From: an uncultured Chloroflexia bacterium | Lineage (GTDB): Bacteria; Chloroflexota; Dehalococcoidia; DSTF01; JALHUB01 | Assembly (NCBI GenBank): GCA_963726245.1 | Contig: CAVSBT010000017.1 | Span: forward strand, 1 to 64,000 | Reading direction: 5' to 3' | DNA: 64,000 nt | Part shown: positions 1 to 11,222 of the stretch, in pieces | Position numbering within the stretch: the first letter of the stretch is position 1 | Layout of the letters: each line of letters starts with the position of its first letter | Made by a program: the position numbers and the translations under genes | Notes under the pieces: generated by a model | What the model was told of the DNA's origin: nothing | Database searches by the model: none | Seen by the model: the letters and a program-made list of their open reading frames with translations, nothing else

Positions 1-3000
1 TAGGTCTTCGGCTGCTTGAGCATCGGCTGGTAGGCCGCGGACCAGACCTCGCCGGTCGTCAGGTCGCGGAGGTAGCAGAACGTGCCGTAGCAGTCGCGTG
101 TCGCGTCCTCCTGCCAGCGTGTGACCGCGAGGTCGCGCCAACGGCTATAGCCGCCCCCGGCGTTGGTCACCATAATGCTGTAGCTGCCGTTGGAGAGCAG
201 GTGCACCTCCGGCGAGCCGGAGTTGGGGTTGTTGAAGATGCGGAGGAGCGCCTGGTACTCGCCGGCGCGCTGCTGCAGGCCGGACGTCTCGGCGGCGTTT
301 GGATAGAAGGGAGCGACCTTCGGCACGCGCTCCTGTAGCAGCATCTCTGTCGCCCGGAAGAGCGGCTCGGAGAGGAAGCGGCGCTGCATCGGCCTGCCGA
401 GGAGCGTGTAGGCGAGGGAGAGGAAGCTCATACCCTCGTGATGTGGCATGAACGACCGCACGAGCGCGAACGCCGCGCCTCGCGGCTGCCGCGAGGGCGT
501 GTAGTCGATCGCCTCGTAGAGGCCGTACCGGCCCTCCGCGCCGAGGTCGACGAGCCGCTTAAGGTTCGCGCACGCCTGTTCCGGCGCGACCATCAGCGCC
601 ATCGCCGTCGCGTAGGGTGCCACCACCAGGTCCTCGGCGAGGCCGCGCTTGAAGCCGAGGCCCGGCACGCCGAAGGCGCGGTACTGGTACCTGAGGTAGG
701 CGTCCGTCGTGTTGTAGCCGGACTCGGAGATACCCCAGGGGACACCCCGCTGGGCGCCGTACTCGATCTGGCGCCGGACGACGGCCTTGTAGGTCCGGTC
801 AAGCACGGTGTCCTCGTAGGTCGGCATGACGATGAGCGGCATCAGGTACTCGAACATGGAGCCGCCCCAGGAGAGGAGGGCAGGATCGGCGCCGGAGGTC
901 GTCACGAGGCGACCGAGGGCGAACCAGTACTCCTGCGACAGTTGGTGTTGCGCGATGGCGACGAAGGTGGCGAGGCGCGCCTCTGAGGCCAGCAGGTCGT
1001 AATAGCTCGGGTCGCGCCGCCGCTCGGCGATGTCGTAGCCGATGACGAACAGGTGACGCGACTGGTCCGTCAGGAAGTCGTAGTCCATGTCGGCCAGTTC
1101 GTTGCAGAGCTGGCCGAGCCGCTCGATCGCCTCCAACCGGTCAGCCGCGCGGCCGCTCGCCTCGCTCACGGCGCGGTGGAGACGGGCCAGCCACTCGTGG
1201 GCGGGTAGTGTGTGGTCGGTCGTCAGGGCACCGAGCGCCTCGTCGAGCGCCGGCGCCAGCGTCTTGTCCAAGTCGGCGGTCTCGCGGAGCGTCGGCCCCT
1301 CGTCGAGCCGGTGAATCGCCTCGCGCAGCGAGCCGGACGCCGCAGCTTCGCCGGCCGCGTCACTCTCGACTAGGGCGTGGGGCGGAGGCGGCAGCGCGGC
1401 CCACGGCGCCACGTGGTCGAGGTCGCCGAGCCCATCATCGCACTGCTTCTTGAAGGAGAGGGCCCACCACTTCATCTCAGCGTCGGGCTCGGGGCCCAAG
1501 CCGTCGGCGATGCGTCCGGCGGCCGTCGTCAGCCGGTCGAGGAGCGAGCGGGAGGCGCGCAGGCCGGTGGGAGGATTGGCGAGTGCCTCGATCAGCCGGT
1601 CGATCTCGTCGAGCGTCCCGGCGAGGCCTCCGCCGTTGCGGCCGGGCGTGTCGGGCGAGCGAGCCGCACGGGCGGCGTCGGCGAGGAGACTGAGCGTGTC
1701 GCGGAGGCCGCCAAAGGCCTGAGGTGGGAGGACCGGGCTATCCGCCAACTCGCGGAGGCCTGACCGCAGCGTGAGCAGGTGGCCGGCCAAGTTGCCGCTG
1801 TCAACGGTGGAGACGTAGAGGGGAGCGAGGGGCTGCAGGGTGATCGTGTCGTACCAGTTGTAGAAGTGGCCGTGCGTCCGCTCCATCCCCTGCATCGTCT
1901 GGAGCGCACGGGTCGTCTGCTCGATCAGCCGGGCGGGCGGAGATGTAGCCGAAGTCGTACGCCGCCAGGTTGGCGAGGACGGAGAGACCCATGTTGGTGG
2001 GCGAGGTCCGGTGGGCGATAGCCTCGACGGGCGCTTCCTGATAGCTGTCGGGCGGCAGCCAGTTGTCTTCGGGGCCGACAAACGTCTCGAAGAAGCGCCA
2101 CGTCTTGCGGGCGAGCTTTCGCAGGAAGGCCGTCTGCAAGGATGAGAGGATGGGCTCCCGTCGCACGATTGGCCGGCTCACCCACCAGGCAACAGCCGGC
2201 GAGGCGATCCAGGCGGCGAGGAGCGGCCCGGCGGGAAGGAGCGCCATCGGTCGCTCCAGCGAGAGGTAGACGGTCGCTGCGAGGGCGACGGCCGGCGCTA
2301 CCCACATCATTCGGAAGAACTCGGCGAGCCGCTTGCTGTCGCTCCACCTGGCGTCGCTTGACGTCGTCCACTCGAGGAGCCGGCGCCGGGTGACGAGCAT
2401 CCGCCACCACGTCTTGAGCGCGGCGTCCAGGCTGAATGCCGCCTCGTAGAGGAGGAGCGCCAGGCCGAGCGCGCTCTGGGCCATCCGCCTGGCGACCGAC
2501 GCGGCAACCGTCCTGAAGTGCAAGCGAGGCGGCAGGTCCGGCGGCTTGCGGGCGATCTCGACAAGCGACGTCAGCAGCGGGCTAAGGAGGAGGATGCCGG
2601 CGACAACGCACGTCCAGAACCAGGGCGGGCTCAGGATTGTCCACCCAAGGAGGAGGAGCAGCACGAGCGCGCCGGGCACGAAACTTCGCCGGAGGTTGTC
2701 GAGGATCTTCCAGCGCGAGAGCGCCGAGATCGGGTTGCGCACCGGACGGCCGCTGGCGTCGGGCGCGCGGGGCAGCAGCCACCGGGCGATCTGCCAGTCG
2801 CCGCGGATCCAACGATGACGGCGGCTCATGTCGGCACTGAAGCGCGTCGGGTAGCTCTCGTGGAGTTGGACGTCAGTGACAAGCGCTGCCCGCGCGTAGC
2901 AGCCTTCCAGGAGGTCGTGGCTGAGGATCAGATTCTCGGGGAAGCGGCCGCCAAGCGCGCGCTCGAAGGCGTCCACGTCGAAGATGCCCTTGCCGATGAA

Positions 3001-5250
3001 AGACCCCTCGCGGAAGACGTCCTGGTAGACGTCGGAGACGGCGCGCGTGTAGGGGTCGATGCCCGGCTCGCCGCCGAAGAGGCGGCTGAACCATGAGCGG
3101 CTGACATCCGCCATCGTCGCCGAGAGGCGCGGTTGCAGGATGCCGTAGCCCTCGCAGATGCGCCCCTTGGCCTCGTCATAACGCGGCCGGTTGAGCGGGT
3201 GACTGAGGGTGCCGACGAGGAGGCGGGCGGCGTCGCGAGGGAGCTGCGTGTCGGTGTCGAGCGTGATCACGTACTTGACGGTTGGCAGCACCGACCGCTC
3301 GCCGACGATCAGCGAGAAGCGGCCGTCCTCGGCGCCGCGCAAGAGGGCGTTGAGGTCGCTCAGCTTCCCGCGCTTGCGTTCGTAGCCCATCCAGACGCGC
3401 TCTTGGGGGTTCCACCGGCGCGGCCGGTGGAAAAGGAAGAAGGCGTCGTCGCGGTCGTCCTGGTACTTGCGGTTGAGCGCCTCAATCCCCTCGTGCGCCA
3501 GACGAAGCAACTCCTCGTCCTCCGGCATCACCTCAGCCGGCGCATCGCGGAAGTCCGTGAGCAGTCCGAAGTGGAGGCTGGAGTCGTGGTTCGCCAGGAA
3601 GCGTACCTCCAGCGCCTCCAATAGACCCTCGACGCCCTCTGGGTCGGTGAGAAGGGTGGGCACGACGACGAGTGTGCGCCGGTCGGACGGTATCCCCTGC
3701 GAGAAGTCGAGCCGGGGCAGCGTATCGGGCTTGACGAGAAGCGTCGCCAGCCAGTTCACAGCCGCTACGCCCAGCGAGCTGGCGCAAAGGAGAACGAGCG
3801 CGCCGAGTGGCAACAGCCCCCAGCCTCCGGCGCCGAAAGCGACCGCCTGTGCCAGCACGCCGAACGTCACGGTCGCGGCGATCAGCCATATCGAGCCGAG
3901 ATAGAAGAGGAGCGGCATGCGGCCCGCCGCTCGCCGGAGTCGCTCGAAGGGCGAGAGGCGGACCTGGGCGGCGCGCTCGAAGAGCGGCACACCCCGGTCG
4001 ATCAGGTAGTAGCCGACGTGAGCCGTCCGGTCTTGGGCGCCGGCCTGCGTCTGTGCGGCCGCAGCCAGGTCCACTGCCTTCTGCGCCACCTCCCGCTCCG
4101 AGAGGCCGGCCCGGCGGGCCGTGCGCTCGACGACGTGGCGATAGCGGTCGCGCGTGGCGAAGTCCATCTGGCCGTAGACGCCTGCCGGGTCGTCGCGGAG
4201 CGTGTCCTCGACGGCGCTCATCGTCTCGACGAACTCGCGCCAGTCTGTCGCGTCGAGGAAGCGGAGGCTGCCGATGCTGTTGCTGATCGAAACCTGGTTT
4301 TCCGCCTGCTGCTGGCCTTCAAGCTGGACCAGCCGCTCGATCGTCAGGCTCATCTCGGTGAGCCGCTGCTCCAGCCAGGTGAGCGGCATGGCCTGCGCGG
4401 GCCCCTGCCCCTGGAGCCGGCGCGCTAGTTCGGCTACGAAGGCGCTGGACATCTGCGGGTCCGACCGCGCCATGTCCGCGAGCGTGACGATCAGTCTCGT
4501 CGGCTCCTTCTCCGCCACCTCGATCATCTGGTCGGCCCAGTGGTTCGCCTGACTGCGCGCGAGCTGGTCGGCGGAGATGCGCGCCGCGACGCGGCGGAGG
4601 TTGTTGATCAGCGCCAGGCGCAGCATGATCGGGATCGCCCAAAGCTCGCCCAGCTTCAGCGGCTTGATGGTTTGGTAGGCGTGCACGAAGGCGCTCAAGC
4701 TGCCCGAGTCGACGCGGCCGTCGCCGTGGGAGACAAGCTCTAGCGCGATGCCGTAGACGAGGGGGTAGCCGGCCGAGGGGCCGCTAAGCAGGTGGGGGAG
4801 CTCCTGGCTATAGCCCTTGGGCAGGTGGCCACGGGCTGCCCGTATTTGCTCCTCGATGAGGTAGAAGTTGTCGCGCAGCCACTCGGTGGCAGGAGTGACA
4901 CGAAGCTCGCCTTCCCCCTCGTCCGCGACAAGGCGGTAGGCATTGAGGAGGACTGACTCGTTCTCGCTGAGCTGCGGGAGCAGAAGGTCCGGCCCCCGCT
5001 TCTCATCAACGGCATGCTTCGCCGCGAGCGCCTTCGCGTGCTCCTTGAGTTGCTCGACGCTGAGGAGCTCGGCGCGCAGCGGCTGATCATCGCCGCCGCC
5101 TGCGGGCTCGACCCCGTGCTGGTGGCGGCGGCCCCAGATGGCGCGGATGGCGCTGCGAAAGCTCCTACTGCCGGTGTTCAAGCCGGTTCGTCCTCTCTGA
5201 CCTCGGTGAACCACCGATTGCATAGTGACGCGCAGTCCAGCGAGCCGCAA
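1..5250 (-). CDS. Cyclic beta-1,2-glucan synthase (Cgs/ChvB/NdvB-like; GT84 plus glucoamylase/GH94-like regions), runs off the window start; frameshift near 1935
   Basis: ORF 1801-5250 has the motifs MGYERKRGKL, YVITLDTDTQLP, GSFIGKGIFDVDAF, LSHDLLEG, RRHRWIRGDWQ and AHRTSPTNMGL. After one extra base near 1935 the frame continues (HGHFYNWYD, YVSTVDSGNLAG, YDLLASEARLA, SWGGSMFEYLMP, PWGISESGYN, LLSNGSY) to position 1. The true start may lie downstream of 5250. Confidence 0.85.
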
Positions 5251-5546
5251 GACGCAGCGGCCCTCCTTTGCTTCTTTTCGGCGTCTGGAAGGCGCGGTTC
5301 GGGTCGCCCTTCCTGCTTCATCTTGAACTGGAAGGGTGGATCTGGCCGGCCGGCCTCACTTCGGGATGAAGCACGTGCGGGCGCACATGGCGACCTACCT
5401 GAGACCCGCCCGCGGCTGCGGTACCATATTGCATGTTGGTTCTGCGGCCGGGGCGGCCAGGTCTGACCGGCGACCTTTTGCCTGGAAATCAGATGGTGCG
5501 TGCCATGGCAACGAGGAAGGCTGGGCGAAGTAGGGTAGACCTCCGC

Positions 5547-5584
5547 GCGTTGCTGTCAGCGTTGCTGTCAGAAGCGTTCTGTCG
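5547..5584. repeat. Tandem direct repeat GCGTTGCTGTCA x2 plus a degenerate third copy, about 45 bp from the tRNA 3' end
   Basis: Exact copies at 5547-5558 and 5559-5570; gcgttctgtcg at 5574-5584. Confidence 0.7.
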
Positions 5585-5627
5585 CCACGAAGAAGATCGT
5601 GGCCGCGAGGAACCTGAATCTAAGAGC

Positions 5628-5703
5628 TGGTACCCCCGGCAGGATTCGAACCTGCAACCACCGGATTAGAAGTCCGATGCTCTGTCCATTGAGCTACGGG
5701 GGC
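5628..5703 (-). tRNA. tRNA-Arg(TCT)
   Basis: Reverse complement gcccccgtagctcaatggacagagcatcggac-tTCTaa-tccggtggttgcaggttcgaatcctgccgggggtacca: cloverleaf, T-loop GTTCGAATC, encoded CCA. Confidence 0.95.
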
Positions 5704-5713
5704 GTTTCGTCGC

Positions 5714-6208
5714 CTACGAGCCTCGCTGCCTCGTCTCGACTTTGTGGTAGCGGGCGGCGCCATGCCCTCCCTGGCGAACGCCTACGATCTCCAGGTCCGC
5801 CACGTCGGGGCTGGTGGTGAGATGCCTTTGGGCCAGCCGGCCGAGTGGCTGGGCGGCCAACACCGCCAACGTGGCCGACATCAGGACGTTGGGGAGTCTC
5901 TCCAGACGTCCTCGGTTGCCCAGGGCCAGCAAGGACGACGTCCCAGCCAGGAGTCCCGCAACAGCCAGGTTGGTGCCACAAAGGGGCGAAACGGCGAGGC
6001 CGGATTCGCCTCGCTTCAGGCGCGCCAGCCCTTCGACCGCCGATTCCTCGAGCTGCGCGGAGGGCACGTCGCCGTAGATGTAAAAGCCGTCGTGGGTCGC
6101 ACGCCCCACCATGCGCAGTCCCGGTCCCAGCCGTCCCAGGAGAATGGAAACGGTGGCGTGTTCTAAGGCGTGATTCCGCCTCACCGACCCGATGATCTTG
6201 CCCAGCAT
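5714..6208 (-). CDS. DUF6391-like hypothetical membrane protein
   Basis: RRNHALEHAT and LAVSPLCGTNL motifs; ATG at 6208 preceded by GGAGG. Confidence 0.65.
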   Translation of the reverse strand: MLGKIIGSVRRNHALEHATVSILLGRLGPGLRMVGRATHDGFYIYGDVPSAQLEESAVEGLARLKRGESGLAVSPLCGTNLAVAGLLAGTSSLLALGNRGRLERLPNVLMSATLAVLAAQPLGRLAQRHLTTSPDVADLEIVGVRQGGHGAARYHKVETRQRGS

Positions 6209-6290
6209 GTGTACCTCCCCCGCAGTGGCCTCCGTTTGTCCATCTTCCCCACAGTATAGCAAACCGGCCAGCGGCGGCGGGTCCGGCGCG

Positions 6291-7946
6291 TCAGTTGTGC
6301 GTCACGCCGGGAACGCCGATCCGGATGACGGCTGTGGTCGTCACCGTCAGCGCAGCGGAACGGCTGATGCCAGGCGCCAGGATGGTCAGCGTCGCTTGAT
6401 TGGTGCCGGGCGGCAGTCTCGTTGGGTCGACGCTAACGGTAACCGTGGCGGTACGCTGGCAGGGAGAGGAGGCCGCGCAAGTAAGGTCCGGCCCCACAGC
6501 CACGCCGGCCGCCGGGCTCACTACCACCCACGGCGCCGACGAGATGGCCAGCCAGGACAGGATTCCCGTACCGCTGTTCTGGATGGTGAAGGTCTGGCTT
6601 CCGGACCCCTTCTCCGGCGAGTAGCTGATCTGGATGGCCGAGGCAGAGACCGAGAGGCCGGGCGTGCCGAAGATGGCGGTTCGCAGGCTCGCCGCCGGCC
6701 TCTGGGTGGGGTCGCGGTGACCAGCCGGGCCGGCGGGCGCTGGGGACGCCCGCGGGGTGGCGACAGACGACGGGCGAGGCGTCCGCGTGGGGACGGCGAA
6801 GGGGTATGTGAAGGGAGTAGGCGTCACGTAGCCGGGCGGATAGGGCGTAGTGGTGGCGGCCGGGGCCGGTTGATAGCCGCCGGAGGGCTGCCTGGGAGTC
6901 GGGATGTCCATCTTGGTGTAGGGGTAGACGAAGTTCTCCAGCTTCAAGGGTTCGCGCCAGCGGGCGTCGTTCAGGTCCGGCAGGTCCACCGGCTGGGGCG
7001 TCCACAGGTTGACCCCGTCGACCTGCGGCGGGTGCGAGGCGCACCCAAAGATCAGCTCCTGGAAGGGGTAGTTCCCGCGATTGTGGCCCAGGCCGTCGCT
7101 CGAGGGACCGCAGCTATAGGGTACACGCGGCCAGGTCCCGTATATGGGGTCCATGGGGTGATTGCTGCGGTTCGCTCCCGGCCCCGTGAAGCCGTTGTAG
7201 CTCCAGACGGCGAAGTACCAGTTCTCGATGATGGACGGGTCGCCGCCGGTGTCGGTGCCGGCAATCGGCCGGTTCTCGGGGGCCGAGTTCCACTTGTCGG
7301 CCAGGATCGCCGCGCCACGAGCGATGTTGTAGGCGAAGTGGGTGGCCACCAGCGCCTGCTGGGGCGATGGATTGCCGCGCTCGCCGCTGGGCGACGTCAT
7401 GCCGCTGGTGACCTGCATGATGCCGTGGCCGCAGTCGAAGGATACCAGCGCCGGCCCGATGGCCTGGTAAGGCACCTGCTGTGAGGCCTGGGTTAGTGAA
7501 CTTTCAATCCAGGCGATAGACTTGAGGAGCACGGGCGGAATGGCGGCCGTGGTACTCGTGGCGCGGGTGCCTCTCAGGCCGGTTTCCAGGGGCGGCAGGC
7601 CGAAGTAGGGGTCGCCGGGTAGCAGCATGTTGAAGCCGGCCAGCTCGGCAGCGCTGCGGTAGAGCGAGCGGTCCTTGGGCCCCTCGTAAGTGGTGGGGGC
7701 CTGGCCGAAGACGCAGCCGCTGCCCGTCGCCTGGGCTTCCGGAACCGGCGTCGCTCCTGGGGCCGGAGTCCCCGCCGTCGCAGTTGCCGATGTCGGGGAT
7801 GGAGAGCTCGTCGGCAGGGCCGCCCCTTCCTCCGCCTCGCCTCGCCCCTGGCCGCGGCCGAGCGCCAGGAGGAGAGCGACGGCGACCAGAGCCAGCAGAA
7901 GGCCCAGAACAGCAGGGCGCAGCTTCGACGGGATGCTACTTGCCAC
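6291..7946 (-). CDS. Secreted lysozyme-like/lytic transglycosylase domain protein with Pro/Thr linker and C-terminal BACON/Ig-like domain
   Basis: N-terminal hydrophobic signal/anchor; IPPVLLKSIAWIES...SFDCGHGIMQVT...YNIARGAAIL...AVWSYN (SLT-like); C-terminal FTIQNSGTGILSW...APWVVVSP. Confidence 0.7.
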   Translation of the reverse strand: MASSIPSKLRPAVLGLLLALVAVALLLALGRGQGRGEAEEGAALPTSSPSPTSATATAGTPAPGATPVPEAQATGSGCVFGQAPTTYEGPKDRSLYRSAAELAGFNMLLPGDPYFGLPPLETGLRGTRATSTTAAIPPVLLKSIAWIESSLTQASQQVPYQAIGPALVSFDCGHGIMQVTSGMTSPSGERGNPSPQQALVATHFAYNIARGAAILADKWNSAPENRPIAGTDTGGDPSIIENWYFAVWSYNGFTGPGANRSNHPMDPIYGTWPRVPYSCGPSSDGLGHNRGNYPFQELIFGCASHPPQVDGVNLWTPQPVDLPDLNDARWREPLKLENFVYPYTKMDIPTPRQPSGGYQPAPAATTTPYPPGYVTPTPFTYPFAVPTRTPRPSSVATPRASPAPAGPAGHRDPTQRPAASLRTAIFGTPGLSVSASAIQISYSPEKGSGSQTFTIQNSGTGILSWLAISSAPWVVVSPAAGVAVGPDLTCAASSPCQRTATVTVSVDPTRLPPGTNQATLTILAPGISRSAALTVTTTAVIRIGVPGVTHN

Positions 7947-9122
7947 CGGCTTCCCACCCCACGAAAGAGATCTCGCTTTCCGCCTTTACCTCCAGCCGCT
8001 GGCCCTTGGCGTCGAGAAGGACCAGATGCCAGGGGCCGGCCTCCGACTCCAGGCCCTCGAAGGAGCGCATGGCCAGCGTGTCGCCGTCGGGCGACCAGGC
8101 CAGCGGCACGTCGAAGCCCTGGGAGGGCGCCTTTAGCGCCTGCACCCCCGACGCATATACGCGCATCGCCGGGGCCGTCGCTTCGCCGAGAGTCAGACGG
8201 CCCAGGGTCAAGTCACCATCCTTCGGGTGCCAGATGGGGTTGAACTCCTGTGTCGGCTGGCCGGTCGGAGGGAGGGCCGGTTGCACGGGGGACTTACCGT
8301 CCAGGTCGACCACCATCGCCCGCAGGACGGTTCCCGCCGCGGACGGCTCGGGCGCCAGGAAGGCTAGCTGACTGCCGTCGGGCGAGAGGTGCCAGTCGCG
8401 CGTGAAGTCGTCGCCCAGATGAGAGAGGAGAGAGGGCGGACCGCCGGCGGCGGGCACCTGGCCCAGCTCGGTTCCGGCGGCGGAGACCTGCGTGTAGTAG
8501 AGTCGCTCGCCGTCGGGCGAGAATCCGACTGGGAAGAGACCGGCCTCGGATGTCACGAGGGTGGACTCGCCGGAAGGGGCACGCCGCGCCGCCGTCCAGC
8601 GAGATGCGCACGAGCTCGAAGTTGCCCGCCGCGTTCTCCCGCGACTGACTCCGCCGGAAGACCAGCGAGGCGCTGTCGGGCGCCCAGACGGGGGCGACAA
8701 GGAGGTCGGCGCCGCTCGCCAGCATGCGGGGATAGCTGCCGTCGGCACCCATCACCCACACCTCAGCGGGCGAGCCGTTGTTGGGATCCCTCAGCCCAGG
8801 GCTGAGAGCAGTGTAGGCGATGTAGCGGCCATCGGGCGAAACGGTCGCGTAGATGCCGTAGTTGCGCGGCGTGGGGCACCACAGCCACCACCTGACGACT
8901 CGACGGGTCGCCGGCGGGGGCGACCCAGAGGGTGTCGGCCTCGATGCCGAACTCGCTGATCACGATGCGGGGCGACCCCGAGGCCGACGGGCTTCCGGCC
9001 GAGGGAAAGAGGTCGACAGGGCTGCCGGCTGTGCCTCCGGCCAGCCGCCAGACGCCGAAGGCGATGCCGGCGAGGAGGACGGCGGCTCCCAGCGGGCGGC
9101 CAAGGCGTGACAGTGACGCCAT
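7936..9122 (-). CDS. Exported TolB-like/PD40 beta-propeller protein (frameshifts near 8865 and 8575)
   Basis: Three overlapping ORF pieces join into an N-terminal TM segment plus repeated SPDG/WAPD blades (VSPDGRY, WAPDSAS, FSPDGER, LSPDGSQ, WSPDGDT). Confidence 0.7.
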
Positions 9123-9223
9123 ATCTGCCTTCCTTCGGGCTCTCAGGGACAGGAACGGCCCCTTAGAGGCCTCTGATTAGAGGCGGCGCCCCGCCCCTTC
9201 GGGCTGAGCCTCAGGACGAAGCC

Positions 9224-9895
9224 TCACCGGCCGTTCCCCGCTGCGCTGTCCTGGGTCTCCGGCTCTTCGGCCCAGGCTCTTTTCACGTGCCGGTAGACGT
9301 ACAGCCCTATGAGCAGCAGGGTGACGACGACAATCGGTATGTCCGCTGGCCGCATCCACTCCCGGATGCGCTCCCAATGGTCCCCGAGGACGAAGCCGCC
9401 CCACGCGAGGCCCAACGACCACGGAAACGAGCCGGCGAAAGTGTAGACGCTGAACTGCCAGACCGGCATGCGGGCGACGCCGGCCGGCACGCTGATGAAG
9501 GTCCGCACCACAGGCAGCATACGCGAGACGAGCACCGTCCAGCGGCCGTGGCGGTCGAACCAGCGCTCGGCAACGTCCAGGTCGTGGTGGGAGATGAGCA
9601 GGTAGCGGCCGTAGCGGCGGACCATAGGCCGGCCGCCCCAGACGCCAACGTAGTAGCCCACGAGTGAGCCGATCAGGTTGCCAAGGGCGCCGCAGAATGC
9701 CGCCAGGAGAAGCCAGGGCCAGCCCAGGCCGTGGTCCTTGACCAGCATCCAGCCGGCCAGGGGCATTATGATCTCGCTGGGAAGAGGGATGGCGGCGCTC
9801 TCGATGGCCATCATGGCCACGACGCCCGGCCATGATATCAAGTCGTACGTGCCGCGGATGAAATCGAGCAGCCCGTCTTCGATGCCGCTTAGCAG
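9224..9895 (-). CDS. dedA: DedA family membrane protein
   Basis: MAIESAAIPLPSEIIMPLAG, WFDRHG, RMLPVVRTFISVPAG. The frame is open upstream to a CTG at 9895; a TTG at 9841 is an alternative start. Confidence 0.85.
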   Translation of the reverse strand: MLSGIEDGLLDFIRGTYDLISWPGVVAMMAIESAAIPLPSEIIMPLAGWMLVKDHGLGWPWLLLAAFCGALGNLIGSLVGYYVGVWGGRPMVRRYGRYLLISHHDLDVAERWFDRHGRWTVLVSRMLPVVRTFISVPAGVARMPVWQFSVYTFAGSFPWSLGLAWGGFVLGDHWERIREWMRPADIPIVVVTLLLIGLYVYRHVKRAWAEEPETQDSAAGNGR

Positions 9896-10100
9896 TGTCC
9901 TGAGCCTCTACATTCACCCCAGGAGACGGCACCACCCCCCGCCCGGTCGAGCGCACGTCGCCTGAGTCTAGCAAGGCGGTTCCAGGGTGTCAAGGCGTGT
10001 GTGTGGTTCGGGATGCGCGGCGCCTTGCCCGCTGCTCTACAATGAAATGACGCGACCTTACGCAGGGAAGGCGCGGCTATTGCCGGGGGAGGTCACGAGC

Positions 10101-11081
10101 ATGCGAATCAAACGCCTTGGACGAACTGGACTCAAGGTGAGCGAGATCTGCATGGGCACCATGACGTTCGGGAGCCAGGCCGACGAAGGCACGGCCCATG
10201 CGATTCTGGACCGCGCGATCGAGGCGGGCGTCAACTTCGTCGACGTAGCAGACATCTATCCGGTGCCTCCCACCATCGAGACGGCCGGGCGCACGGAGGA
10301 GATCGTCGGACGGTGGCTGGCCGGCAGGCGCAGCCGGGTGGTGGTGGCAACGAAGTGCCGCGGCCGCGTGGGCCCCGGCCCCAACGATGAGGGGCTCTCG
10401 CGGGTCCACATCCTGGATGCGGCCGAAGCCAGCCTGCGTCGCCTTCAAACCGACTACATCGACCTCTACCAGCTCCACTGGCCCGACACAGAGACCCCCC
10501 TGGAGGAAACCCTCCAGGCCCTCGATGACCTTGTCCGCTGGGGCAAGGTGCGTTACATCGGCTGTTCCAACTTCGAGGCCTGGCGGCTGTGCAAGGCCCT
10601 GGGGGTCAGCGAAAGGCTACGCCTGGCCCGCTTCGAGTCCGTTCAACCGAGGTACAACCTTCTCCACAGGGAGATTGAGCGCGACCTACTGCCGGCGTGC
10701 GTTGAGGAAGGGGTTGGGGTGATTGCCTACAACCCGCTCGCCGGGGGCCTCCTGTCTGGCAAGTATCGACGCGGCGAGCCTCCCCCGGAGGGCACCCGCT
10801 TCGCGCTCGCCGCGGGCACCGGATCACTCTATCGCGACCGCTACTGGCGCGACGAGCTGTTCGATGCCGTCGACGCGGTGAAGGCGGCAGCGGACGGCTG
10901 CGGTGCGACACCGGCGCAGGTCTCGCTGGCCTGGCTGCTCCAGCAGCCGGCCCTCACCTCTGCCATTCTCGGCGCCACCCGCCTGGAGCAGGTCGACGAG
11001 ACGCTGAAAGCGGCCGAGTTGAACCTGGACGCCTCAACGATGAAGGGGCTCGACGCCGTCTCGGCGCCTCGCAGCCCCTGA
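10101..11081 (+). CDS. Aldo/keto reductase
   Basis: LGRTGLKVSEICMGTM, VVVATK, SLRRLQTDYIDLYQLHWPD, GKVRYIGCSN; GGAGG RBS. Confidence 0.92.
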   Translation: MRIKRLGRTGLKVSEICMGTMTFGSQADEGTAHAILDRAIEAGVNFVDVADIYPVPPTIETAGRTEEIVGRWLAGRRSRVVVATKCRGRVGPGPNDEGLSRVHILDAAEASLRRLQTDYIDLYQLHWPDTETPLEETLQALDDLVRWGKVRYIGCSNFEAWRLCKALGVSERLRLARFESVQPRYNLLHREIERDLLPACVEEGVGVIAYNPLAGGLLSGKYRRGEPPPEGTRFALAAGTGSLYRDRYWRDELFDAVDAVKAAADGCGATPAQVSLAWLLQQPALTSAILGATRLEQVDETLKAAELNLDASTMKGLDAVSAPRSP

Positions 11082-11088
11082 GGATGCC

Positions 11089-11128
11089 TTGGAGCGTTAG
11101 AGACTTGGAACCTTGGGACCTTGGGTGG
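11089..11128. repeat. Degenerate 8-mer tandem repeat (TTGGAACC-like x5)
   Basis: ttggagcg ttagagac ttggaacc ttgggacc ttgggtgg. Confidence 0.5.
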
Positions 11129-11222
11129 CGGGACGAAAGCAGTCCTTTGCACCCGCACCACTTCAGCGAACCTCTCAGATGGTCGAGAAATACCTTAGAA
11201 ACCATCTGCAAGAGGGCAGATA

